64,000 nt of DNA, from the NCBI GenBank assembly GCA_024679065.1, contig JAGIQG010000040.1, positions 10,230,001-10,294,000 on the forward strand. Direction: 5' to 3'. Positions 34,463 through 47,143 of the stretch are shown here, piece after piece. How positions within the stretch are numbered: the stretch's first letter is position 1; every line of letters begins with the position of its first letter. A model generated the notes under the pieces. That model did no database searches. It worked only from the letters and a program-made list of their open reading frames with translations, and was not told the DNA's origin. The position numbers and the translations under genes were made by a program. The stretch is from Sphyrna mokarran (lineage: Eukaryota).

Positions 34463-37400
34463 TGATTGCGTGTAGCAAGTGAACGAAGAGGACCTGGCAT
34501 TACTTCTTGATTGAAATTACGAGTGATGGCTCCAGTGACTCGCATTCTTTTGCTTGTCAGTCATGCTTGCAGTTTAATGTTGTCTATTTCAGAATGAGGA
34601 TATTGGAGTTAAATAAATGTACTAAAGTTAAAGGTTGAATCAAAAGAACGGTGAAAATGCAATTTGAATGATGGGATTTATTTTCTCTGCCCATTTTCGT
34701 ATTGGCAAATAGTCATTTTCTGCAAAAAGAGGGTATGGCATTCGGTAAGTGATCAGAGAGCGCCCTCCCGTGGATAGTATAGCATTGGAAATAGGCCCTG
34801 AACCAAGACCGAAGATATCTGCACTCAGAGACACATCCAATAAAGCCACAACACTGATCAAGAGGAAACCTCTGCTCAACACCCACACTGTTAGCACCCC
34901 TTAGGTTTTTGAAGGTTTCACTCAATTTGCCTGTACTCTTCTAAACTCTCATGAGCACAAACCTGACGTCGCCATCCTTTTCTCATAAGATAACTCGATC
35001 ATAGGGAATAGTTTAGTGTATTATCCATTGTCAATATATGCTGGCGTTATCAATTGGATATACGGCCCACAAAAGAATAAGAAATGGCAACTGAAATCTG
35101 CATTTCGCAACACCGGCAATAGCAAAGCTAGCCCAGGAGATAGCAGTGAAACAGTGCTTTTTTAACACTACATGATAGAGATGATCATCTCAGTTATTTG
35201 TGTAATAGGCTCAATCTGTCTTCATTCTAAACGTGACACGAAATCATATTTCTGATAATATGACAATAGTTCTCAGTTGATTCTGTACCCAGCAAAATCC
35301 CTGTTGTTACTATACCGCAACAAGCCTCATTTGACATTACACCATTCATTCTGGTAGTTATGACAGCACGGAATTAATTCTTGTCTAATGACATGAAACT
35401 CCATATCTCCGTTGTTACTTCACTAGACCCTGTCTCTCCTGATAATGCACTAGGACATGTTACTGTTTGCATTACACAAGACTGTGTCTCAGTTATTACA
35501 TTGCTGAAACCTGTCACGTATAAAGAAACATTGACAATATCTCAATCAATGTTGTACTAGTGCACCTCCCTATTTAAACCGAATAATATCCTGTATTTAA
35601 TTATTATTCTATTTTATGATTTATTTATTGCTGCAATTGCCCCTGTCAAAGATTATATCAATGTAAAGATTTGGTATGAAATGACTGCATCGGCTTTGTC
35701 TCAGTTTATATTATATTATACAATGCCCAGAATCATACAAAATTACAATCGGTGACAATTTTATTGCGCTGGATGCTCTCTCCTTCTTTAATGCGCCAAA
35801 CCATATCTCTGTTTCTGTCACACACTATCCTTTATCAATTAATGATTTATTCTGCATTGTCACACTTTTTACTTCAGTGGGCCACATCTCTGTTTATATC
35901 ACACCAGATCATGGTCTCTATTTTCTGATAGCGCTGATGCGCTGGAACCAGATTCAGTTTAAATTACAGCACATATTGTCTCTGCATATATTAGAATAGA
36001 CAGTGTTTTTGTCAAAACTGAGAATGGCATGTCTCTGTTTATATGAGAAAACACCACGCTGGTTAGTAATATAATGTATACACTCTCTCAGTAATGACTG
36101 AACTGGATCCAGTCTGCATTCATATTAGTACAGCTGCTGTATCGATATCTGGTGCTTTCCGCTTTGTCTCTGCATTACTGCACAAAACCAGTCTCTCGTT
36201 TATATTGCAACACATAGTATTAGTTGGATTGGCCATTCAACATTTTATGTTGTTATCATTAGAGTATGTGGATTAGCCACGGTAAGTATATGGGGCTAAC
36301 GAGGAGAGGGCAGAGGGGAGGACATGGGTGGGACGCAGATCACAACACACTCATCTGTAAATGTCACCGCAATGTGATCTGTGTGACTCTGCCCTGACTC
36401 TGTGGACAGATATAGGCCACACTGACAGATGTTCTCACCACATTGTGGTCTCTGGATTTATTTTCTGCTCAGAAGTGAGATGTGCGGTTTGAAACAGGAA
36501 GTTCTGTTGCCTGAGAATGAACCAACCGGGGCCAGTTTGTTGCTATCACCGTGAACAATCTTCCTGCCTGTGAGGGTGAACTCACTCTGAAAGCACGAAG
36601 AACAGTCACACAGATTGCTGCCGGTCTCAGCATTACATTCACCTCCATTCCCATTTTAATGTATCAAGAAAATAATCATATTTGGGGTTACGTAAATTGA
36701 TTGAAGGAAGGATGGACTGAAGATTATCACTGATAGAAAAGAGGGAAAATTAAAACTTTTTTTTGTTTCCTTCGGAGATGTTCTAATGTAGAAACTTTCA
36801 GTGTTTTATGTGTTGTGTGACAGAAATAGAGGAGAGAGAGATGATGTGAGTGAACTGGCCTGTTTCCGGCACTGAATTTTCCTCTGATGAGACTTCTAAC
36901 TTCATCTTTTCAGTCACAAGATGCCTTAAACAACGAATAAAAACTACCCCCCCCGCCAATCCGTCAATTTGTAGCCAGCTCGGCGCCGATGTACCTGTAT
37001 GTAATTAATGAATACTGACAGAGCAAATAGAAGTTATGTAATTTAGTTGCAGTCTGAGACAGAGAAAGAGAGTCATTTGAAAGCTGCATTGCCTTGGCAG
37101 CAGAATGGCCAGCTGTACATCACATTCAGGAGCGTCCAGGGCAATTCATTAACTTTGGGTATTGACTGAGACATAGAATGTGTAACTGAATAAGTTACCC
37201 ATAGCATACTTAAACGCAACTGCAGTTATTTACACAGTGGTTAGCACTGGTACCTCACACAATTACTGACACAGGTTCCATTACGGCCTTGGGTAACTGT
37301 CTGTGTGATGTGTGCATATTCACCCGTGCGTGCGTAGGTTTCCTCCAGGTTTATCACTTTCTTCCTACAGTTCAAAGGTATAAAGGTTAATTAGAGTGGC

Positions 37401-40400
37401 CATGCTGAATTGTCCCTTAAAGCAACGTGGCATAAGTTTAATCTGTTCCTCAATCTCCTTTGAGCCAGAACATGTTACAAGATTCATCCCAAGTTTTCAA
37501 AAAAATGTTACACACAATATGAGAGCAATTAGGTACGATACGCGACACCTTTTAGTTAGTAACACTAACTAATGAACTCCTTTCATCTACATAAATATAT
37601 TGATTTTTAAGTTAATATACATATATTCTTCTCACTCCTCTTTATTTCATTCTATCCACCAGACGCATTTTATAGAAAAACTATTATTGAAATTATGAGG
37701 ATTCAGAGTAAAGCAGGGATGTGTTCATAGAGCCTAGCACAAGAGTATCCGAGATGGAATCTCGTGTAATGTAAATGTGCTCTTGACTAACCAACAACAG
37801 CTCAGAAATGATGATTTGTAGCATTTATCATTGCATATTTTCATGTATTAATAAATGAAGTGGCGCATAATTTAGTGTGAACAAATTCAAGGTCTATTGC
37901 AATAATGATTCAAATGAAATAAACGCAGCATATAAAGAGACATAGCCTAGTGCATTACTGTACAAGACTGCACCAAATGTGTTATTGTATTGAATATTGT
38001 CAAGTACAGTAATAACTGAGACAGGGTTAATTGTAGATCATATAGAAAAAAACGTTCACTGCATTAATAAATTAAGCTTCAATTGTGTGGTATACACAGA
38101 TACAGTGCTGAAAGAAAGAAAAAGATACATGGTCTCATACAGTCAGAACTGAGACAACTCCTGCACAAGATGAAGTATTAACATGGTAAAATGCAGTAAT
38201 AACTGAAGGAGATAAATCTGCACTCAGTGTTTAGTGAAATATAGGCATATATAATGTCCTACTCTGGAAAAAAATGGTCAACGATATTTTCCACGGAATC
38301 ATAGCCTAATGCAATAGTAACAATACATGATCTAATGTTGTAAATCAGAGAAGATGAATGCGATGTTGACTGAGAGAGGAGAAAGAGAGACAGAGAGAGA
38401 GAATTGGACAAGTACACTAATAACACCCCAGATAGCCTCTACTGTCGTATACTTAAATATTGAGTCTGGTACAACATAAATAGAAATATGGACTGCTGTA
38501 ATATAATCAGAGGGATGGTTCAGTTAATTCATAATTAATAAAGCAGTGTCTTCTGTATACTGACCCGTTTGCCAGTGGATAATATTTATTTTTCTTAATA
38601 AGTAAAACATTCCCTTTTAAAGCTTTGAACTGTTGTACTAAATCTCCCATAAACGGTTCAGTTCCAAGGAAAAAGAAACTCAGCTTTCAGCTATTCTGAT
38701 AGTGCAGTTCATGCATGATTAAAATTCCGTAAGACTTTCTGCCTCATATGTTTCTCGATGTCATTGTAGGAATTGATGGAATTTTAAAAGGATTCCTATT
38801 AATCATTGCCATCGTGTCAGAATAAGAATCAACTGCTGTAATGAATCATATTTTTGCTGTAATGTGTTAAAGACAAAGAATTATTGCAAATCAGACTGAC
38901 GTCTTAATCCTGATAGTGTAATGCCATCTGTTTATGCTCATTCTCTTGTGAAGGAATGCAGAAGTAAAGAAAACTGATTTACAATGAAATTGTTTCTTTT
39001 CTGTTACAGATGATCAAATGCAATTTCACCTCTTGGATTGAAGAGACATGACAATGGATTTCACTGCTACTGCCTCGCTGTCAGAGTATCTCTGGAATTT
39101 TCTATTATTTCTCTTAATGAAAAACACTCTGGATTTTTTCATATATATTCTTCCCTCATGTGAGTCTGTTTACTATTTGTGACAAGAATATTTCATACAT
39201 CATTTTTCTTTGATTTAACTAGTCTAATTGAACAAAATTATACCATAGATCGAATTAACATTCAGTGGAATACCAGCCCGATCACAGATACTTTATTTAT
39301 TAAGACATCAGAATTTTCAGAATAACTTCTTAAATAGAATATATTTATTCATTTAATTAAATGACATCTGCTGTAATGTATGTTTAAAAGGTTTTCTATT
39401 CATGTTGAACCAACTGATAATATTCTTAAAATAAACAGCTATTTTTAGTTGAAACTGACGAATAAGAAACGGTTTATCTGGTTTTGTTGTCATGAACATT
39501 TCATTGTAAACAGTGAGGTGTTTATGTAAATAAATACAGAAATAGAAATCCCAGATTAGATTGTTGACTGACAAAATCACAACAAGTGTTTCCCCACCAA
39601 TGCAGCACAGACAACCATGCATATCGTTCAACAGATTCCAGTAATGATAGTTTTTTCTACATTATTTGTTCTTCAATTATATGAGGAAAATCATCATGAC
39701 AATATCTATGTTCAGAATTAGGAATGAATCCCTTTGATTCCAAAATATAATAACACAGCAAATATGTTCGTAGGCATTCTCTGTTTTTCATCTCTTTCTC
39801 TCTTTGCCTTTCTCCTGTCTGGTTCTATGTCTTGTCTCTTCACGATAGTTCATCTTCTTCATTCCACAACCTGAATTCAACGTTGTTCAATGTATTCTCT
39901 CAGCCAGAGTTAGAAGGAATGCAGTGCAAAGAATTAGAATTCGTGAGGGAGCTATTACTGTAAAAAATGTCTTGAAGATTCTATTATCTTGGGATATTTT
40001 ATACATTTTCCTCTGTTCTACGACAGTAAGAATTGTGATATAGTCTCTTGTCTGATCAGCAGAAGCTTGACTCGGTGTAGCTATAACTTAGAAATTATAA
40101 TATAAACAAGGACTGTACCTCACATATAATCCCCTAATATTAAGCGGGTACCAAAAACAAAGCTTAGACATGATTTCCTCTGGGTGCTCCAGTTCCTCCC
40201 GAAAAGAAAACATGCGTGTTATGTACACTGGCCAGAATAATTTTTCTCTCAGTATACCCTAACAGGAATGTAGCAATTAGTGTGTTACCATAGGAACTTC
40301 ATTGCAGTGTTAGTATAAGAATGCTTGTGTCATTAATAGTAAACTTAAAACTTTAAATCTTCCAGCAGATAAGGAGAATTCATGAATGTTCAGAAAGATA

Positions 40401-42274
40401 GTAATTATCTTCAACAATTACCATCCATTCGCTATTTAATAATTTCAGTCGCCATTTCCCATCCATTCATACAGATTAGAAATTCTAAAATTGATTTATG
40501 GAAGGTGGGCAATGCTGCTGTGGGCACCATTTATTCCCCATTGCTAACTGCATTCGGTAAGCTGGGAGTGAGCCAGCTTCATGAACTGCTGCAAAACCTG
40601 CAATGCAGGTACATCCACAGTGCTGTTAGGGAGGGTGCTTCTGCATTCCGACCCAGCGACAGCAGAATACAGTAATACATGTTCAATATATGTCCAAAAG
40701 AGGTTTACTAATGTTTTATAGGGGAATTTCCAGCCGAGACTGTTCCAATTCACCAATTATCATCAATCCGTAAAGATAAACAATAATTTCATCAATTATA
40801 TGCAGCACTTTGTTAAAGCAAAATATTGCCGATTCTGGAAACTGAAACAAAAACACTATAAATGATGTAAAATCTCAACACGTCTGAGAGCATCTGTGGA
40901 GAGAGAATAGAATAAGAAGTCTGACAACACCAGATTTGAGTCCAACCAACTGATTTGATAGTAAAATTTATTTAATAGCATCTTCACATCATGAGAGAGA
41001 ATACACCCAAAGTTTCGGGTCAGGATGACCCTTTATCGTTTAGAGGGAATTGAAGTGGGTGATGAAATTGGGACATAAAGAGGCTTGATAGGGATTAGGA
41101 AGATTTTTTTTCAGATACTATTAGTGATTGAGGCTTTGATTAGATTAGTTAGGATAGAAAAGTTGATCATGATATCTGGGATCGTATATGAATTGACACA
41201 AATTGTGTGTGTCTCGAAATAGTGTATAGAATTAAACAGTAGCTGTATTAACTATTCCTTTCTCACAGAAAAGATATTCAATTTCTCTGGCACCTTGTTA
41301 GAAACAATGATGATCTCTCCATCGCATCAGCAATACTCTACCCAAGCATTCTCCAGATTCGAAATGTTGGCTGTAATCTGTCTCCACAGATGCTGTAGAC
41401 CTGCTGAGATTTTCTGTTTCTTTTCAGTGTTTAATTCTATACAATAGTAACTGAACTTTGCTTTGTATAATTTATTGATATTAACATTTATTGACATTTT
41501 ATTGGCCTTTTTTGCCACCAAGGAATAAAACATGTCCCAGAATTCAATGGGGAATAGAATTAGTTTAGGCCGAGGATAATGAACAGTTACACAGCAGCCT
41601 CTGCGTTTCATTAACAAGTAATCACCTCATCATCACACAGAAAGTCCTGATACATAGCTGGAGTGTGTAATGATTTTCAAAATGATGATATAAATGTAAC
41701 CACTCTTACCTCATGTGAAGTTACTGAATCTTTAAATCACTATTCATTATTGCACAGTTTTGGGAAGTAATGAAACACTTGTAATTGTCCAGTGAGTCTC
41801 ACAACATTTCTGTTGCCGCATTATTTATTTTGCAGACAGATATCTTTGCATATTTGGGTGAGGGCATGTTGAGTAATTTGTTGCATGTGAAAGAGCCACA
41901 TGTTTCAAAGATTACAATTCTCCTGCCTCAGCCGAATCATGCTCCTTCTTTCTATCTTGGATGTGAAGATTCAGCATCAGTAGAGAAATGACCCAGTCAG
42001 AGCCGCAGGAAAACCTCGTTTTTCTTTTTGTGAGGATCACTTTGCTAACTCCCGATAAACCCGGGATGGATTTCACCGATAAACTCTGGACAGATTGACT
42101 ATATTAGGCTGAATGCAACAGGGAATAAAGGAGCTCATTCAATATATGAACTGGTCAAGCACAAATATGGGAATGTAGAACAACATCTTTCAAGTACCAT
42201 CTATCAATGCATTCATCAATCAATTCACTGATTCCTCAATCAATATATTCAGGCATCCAGCTGTCATTTATCGA

Positions 42275-43000
42275 GTCATAGATTCATAGAGTTTTACAGC
42301 ATGGAAACAGGCCCTTTGGCGCAACTTGTCCATGCCTCCCTTTTTTAAACTTATGAGCTACTCCCAATTGAGCGTATTTGGCACGTATCCCTCTATACCC
42401 CTCGTATGCATGTAACTAAATGCTTTCTAAAAAAGTACAAATGTACCTGCCTCTACTACTACCTCTGGCAGCTTGTTCCAGACACTCACCACCTGCTGTG
42501 TGAAATAATTTTGCATTTCTCCCCTCTCATCTTAAACCTATGCCCTCGAGTTTAGAGTCCCCTAATTTTGGGAAGAAGTATTGATTATCCATCTTGTCTA
42601 TACCCCTCATTATTTTATAGACCTCTCTACGGTTACCCCTCAGCCTCCTATGCTCCAGAGAGATAAAAAAAGAGTCCCATTCTATTTAACCTCCCGTTAA
42701 AATCCAAACCATCACGTCCCAGTCGCATCCTAGTAAATCTTTTCTGCACTCTTTCTAGTTTAATAATAGTGTGACCAGAATTACACATAATATTCCAAGC
42801 GTGGTCTTAGCAATGTCTTGTACAACTTCACCAAGACGCTCCAAATCCTGTATTCAGTGTTCTGACCAGTTACACCAAGCATGCCGAATGCTTTCTTCAC
42901 CCTCTATGTACCTGTCTTTCAAGGAGGTATGAATATGTACATCGAGAACTCTTTGACCTGTAACTCACCCCAACGCATTACAATTAACTGATTTATCCAA
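42275..43000 (-). mobile_element. CR1 LINE 3' fragment
   Basis: CATAGATTCATAGA tail and reverse-complement CR1 ORF2 3' motifs. Confidence 0.85.
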
Positions 43001-45322
43001 CTATAATTCATTCAACAGTTATTCATTCCTGCATCAAAAATCGCGTTTCGTTGTTTGTATAGATGGTGACGTAATATAAATTTATTAGATCCAGTGATCC
43101 AGAGGCTCGGGGCAATGATGTGAGGACAGGGATTTAAATCGGGCCATTGGAGATGGTGAAATTTGAATTCAATTAATAAATGTGGAATAGATACTAAAGG
43201 CGACCATAGGAATCTCTCTGATTTCCCAGTGGAGGAAATCTGCCATTGCTACCGGGTCTCACAAGAATGTGACTCCAGATGGACAGCAAAATGACTGACT
43301 CTTTAACATCTTCAGAAATCGCCAAGAAAGCGAGCCAGTTCAAAGAAATTTAAGACAGGCAAAACTTTCCATCAACTCAAATATCCCATGGAAGGATAAA
43401 GGGGAAAAAACACAAACAAAGAAGTTCATGTTTTACAAAATGTATCCTCTGTCTGAGTCACCTCTCACAATCTGCCTGTAATTATTTCGATCCATCCACC
43501 GCAATATCCCGATGTGTTGGGAAAATCACCATTATTGCTAACAGTGTGCCAGAGAAGCTGCCTGACGTTTCTTTCCTGAGAGATTGGAAACTATCATATT
43601 GAACAATGTAAAGAATTAGCCTGCCCCCAGTACTGTTGCTGGGTAGATTTCTTTACAAATAGGTCTCACTGACAATGTGAAGTGTTTGATGTTGGCTTGG
43701 AGCCAAGCGGTCAGTGCTGAGGAAATCCACCTTTGATTTACTGAACACACCCGCCAGATGCTTCCTGTCAATAATTTTGAGCATTTGGCAGCAGCCTGGA
43801 TTGCTGCTAAATATAGTATGGGACAGATGAGCGTGAACCTGAATGAACAAAATGGAAATCAACCATTTAAACAATAATGGTTTCATTCGCACAATAAAGA
43901 CCCATTTTAAATCGTTATGATTCTAATCTTTTTTTTTTCTTTTAATGCCCTGTAAATTATGTGATTAATTATATCGGAAAACAATAAACTGACCAGATGC
44001 TATTTCATTTCGATGTCATTCCAATAACTAAAACCTGTTTCTTGAACCGCTTTACGAAGTGTGAAAGAGAGAGATGTTGATGGTCACGATCTCCCAGACT
44101 AATGAGACCAGTGTAATCGCAAAAATAAAGAAAAGTCATAAAACTGCCCTGAAACCGGAGATTGCTGGAATACTCTGAAAGTTCTGCACATCATTTAAAC
44201 AACAGCGTCTCTTGTATCTGATTAGCTCTATATTCACTTATAGTATAACCTGATTTCCATTCTTTAATAAACCCTCTCATAGCTGTCAATGAGTGGATAA
44301 TTGATCAGTTCATAACCTGGTTGAAAGGAAGATAAAACATTTATTCTTATAATAATGTTAATGTGCCAAAAAAGCCCTGATATCCTGTGTTTCCAATACC
44401 AGTGATTGTTATATAGCCGGTAGCCAATTAAATGAGCTGATTTAGGTGCTGAAGGGGAACATTATTGATCACGGTGTCCGTTCTGACTCATTAAATTCTC
44501 TGTCAATTTCGAAGTCAATTTTCTGTTTCTCTGTCAGCTCACTGTTTACATGTCAAACAGGCATTTTCTTTTTACCCATAATTTACACAGAGCAGGGGCA
44601 TTTTGAGAAATGTCAGCAAACACTGTAAAATGCGAGGAAACTCATGTTATCTTCAAACCCAAAATGTACAGTGATAGCCATCCACAGTGTAAGTAGAATG
44701 TTTTTGTTCATCCATCGCATTGTTACATAAATCGATAACAATTCCTCTTATCACAGAATCCCTACAATCAGAAGGAGGAGATTTGGCCCATCGAGCCTAC
44801 AGCGACAACAATCCCATGCATGTCCTGCTCTATCCCGGTAACCCCACATACTGATTCTGCTAAGCCTCCTGACATCAAGGAGGCAATTTATCATGGCCAA
44901 TCAACTATCCCCCACATTTTTGGACTGATAAATTATGCTTCATTATTGTAACATGACAGAACTATTACAAAACAGACTGATAGCCCCTTTATTTTCTGAA
45001 AATGTAATTTCATCATTTTTCGGTTTGTCTGCTCGTCACGGGCGTGGTAAGAAAAGCACCATATTTATAATGCAATTAGTTTGAAAAATGAAAAAAAAAC
45101 TGACAAATTGAAATACCATTATGAGAAATAATGGAGATACTGCAATGAATCGATTCAGCCAAATAAATATTTCCTTACATCTAACTCGACAATTTCAGTA
45201 TTGACCTATTGTAAATCTCGGAGTCCATTCTGTTGGGGGTGCGGAAGGTGGGACGTGGATCCAGGCGCCGCCTCCAGCAGGGAATCAACAGGCGGCGCCT
45301 GGAAAGCCGCCCCCTTCTGCCA

Positions 45323-45336
45323 GGTATTTAAATACC
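45323..45336 (+). promoter_or_regulatory. TATA-like element of the VH promoter
   Basis: TATTTAAA within palindrome GGTATTTAAATACC, ~100 bp upstream of the leader ATG; GC box CCGCCC at 45307-45312. Confidence 0.7.
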
Positions 45337-45423
45337 GCTCACTGGGACCGGAATCCAACAATCCGGGAGTTGGTTTGTTCACTGAGTTCCTAACGCAACC
45401 ATTTCCCCCAAATCACCAGAAAG

Positions 45424-45469
45424 ATGAGGTCGGCGATTTCTCTCAGTCTGTTGTTGAGTTTCTTATCTG
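45424..45469 (+). CDS. IGHV: IgM VH leader exon
   Basis: MRSAISLSLLLSFLS-G|GTGAGT; 132-bp intron ending TTTTCACAG. Confidence 0.95.
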
Positions 45470-45601
45470 GTGAGTAGCATTTTTTTTGTCCAAATCTCTC
45501 AATGTCACTGTCTCCCTGTTTGTCTATCACTAAAATGTTTCAGGAACAGCAATCATTTCATCGGGATTAATCCTCAGGCTTTTTGATATATATTTTCACA
45601 G

Positions 45602-45906
45602 GTGTCCAGTCGGAGATTTTATTGATCCAGCAAGAGGCAGAGACCGGGCGTCCCGGAGGCTCCCTGACACTGACCTGTAAAGCCAACGGCTTTAACCTTG
45701 GCAGTTACTGGATGTACTGGATCCGGCAGGTTCCCGGGCAGGGGCTGGAGTGGCTGGTTAACTATCTAAGTCCATTCAGCAACCACTATGCCCCAGGAAT
45801 TAAGAATCGATTTACTGCGTCCAGAGACACTTCAAACAACATCTTCTCTTTGGAGATGACGAGCCTGAAGACCGAAGACACCGCCATCTATTACTGTGCA
45901 AAAGAC
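45602..45906 (+). CDS. IGHV: IgM VH gene segment (germline, open frame)
   Basis: [48 protein letters not shown] with canonical Cys/Trp residues. Confidence 0.97.
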
Positions 45907-45945
45907 CACAGCGAGAGGAACCAGGGCTGGACCCGAACAAGAACA
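45907..45945 (+). promoter_or_regulatory. VH 23-RSS
   Basis: CACAGCG + 23 bp + ACAAGAACA. Confidence 0.92.
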
Positions 45946-46277
45946 GCTCGAGAGGGAATTCAGCAATGTCCATCATAACCTGGTTTACATTTAATGTTAA
46001 CGACAGTGGTCGGAATCAAATCATAATCTTTTATTTAAGTAACAATGAAAGCACTTAACAGTAAATTTTAACAAACTTACCGATATTAATGGGGTAAACG
46101 TTTCACTGGACTTTATATGTGTGGTAGTTTCGACAAGTACAGCACTAGACATATCACCGATTTTAACATTTCCAACAGATTTTGTTTTGTAAATAGTTGT
46201 CTACACTTTAAATTAGAGCAGAACTAATTGTCGATTTGAAGTGAATATTGAGCGGCAGCACTGTACAAAGTGAGTGC

Positions 46278-46361
46278 AGTTTTTGTGCGGGCCTGTGACA
46301 CTGTGATACCACACTGGAGGAATCACAATGCTTAGCCAATCGACATCTTCATACAAAAATC
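46278..46361 (+). other. IGHD: D1 segment (46306-46323, ATACCACACTGGAGGAAT) with 5' 12-RSS and 3' 22-RSS
   Basis: AGTTTTTGT-12-CACTGTG | D | CACAATG-22-ACAAAAATC. Confidence 0.95.
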
Positions 46362-46683
46362 TCAGAGAACGATTTTGCTTAAATTTGTGATCGGTACCAC
46401 TGCTGAATTCCAAACTAAATGAGGATTCAACAAAACAAAATTAGAAGCAGCATTGTATTTTTTATTGTATTTTTTTAAAGGCATAAAGTACTTCAACTTT
46501 ACTGTTATTGATTTACATGCTGAATGTGTACAGAGAGTGCAAAAGTTTCTAACTCTCTTTATTAATATCATGATCAGTAAAAATCAAAGTACCTCACTGG
46601 CTCACTCTTAAACCAGCTGGAAACAAGCTTTTGAAATTGCAGTGAAATTAACTGTCTGCTTTTTACAGTTAACAGTCTCCCTC

Positions 46684-46751
46684 AGTATTTGTCATGCTGT
46701 GTCTCACTGTGATTACTGGATGGCACAGCAGTTACTGCCAAAACAAAAAGC
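46684..46751 (+). other. IGHD: D2 segment (46712-46723, ATTACTGGATGG) with 12/12 RSS
   Basis: AGTATTTGT-12-CACTGTG | D | CACAGCA-12-ACAAAAAGC. Confidence 0.95.
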
Positions 46752-47056
46752 TCTCAGCACCAATTGTTTGATAAATTCCAACTTTGATCACCGTACAATA
46801 TTGTTTATGTCTGGCACTGACCATATGACAAGAACGAACATGGAAAATCTTGATAATTACTCATGAGTCAGTTGGTGTTTTCAATAGCATTGTCATGTGT
46901 AACTCTGTGAAATATAAAACATTATGGTCATTTATGAATAGCGAATGGTGTCCAGACAGCCAATTATAATTTAATGAACATTAATTGACTTTGCCTTCTC
47001 CCTGGTTTGTGAATAGTTAAAATAATGGTGATTTTTTGTCTATTTTCTGCAGAGAC

Positions 47057-47143
47057 GGTTATTGTATGACACAGCCTACGGAATGTGACACTGTGACTTA
47101 TTCGACTACTGGGGACAAGGCACCATGGTGACGGTGACTGCAG
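47057..47143 (+). CDS. IGHJ: JH segment (47096-47143) with 5' 23-RSS
   Basis: GGTTATTGT-23-CACTGTG; LFDYWGQGTMVTVTA-G|GTAAG. Confidence 0.96.

Noticed and set aside
36429-36474. Leader-like reading MFSPHCGLWIYFLLR|GTGAGA
   Set aside because: No V exon follows; transcription-factor motifs explain the segment better, though a leader cannot be excluded.
45070-45077. Octamer-like ATGCAATT upstream of VH
   Set aside because: 7/8 match in AT-rich DNA, ~250 bp from the TATA element; expected by chance.
45602-47143. Germline-joined VDJ, or IgW/IgNAR identity
   Set aside because: All RSS are intact and the segments are separate; the four C exons and TM are mu-type.
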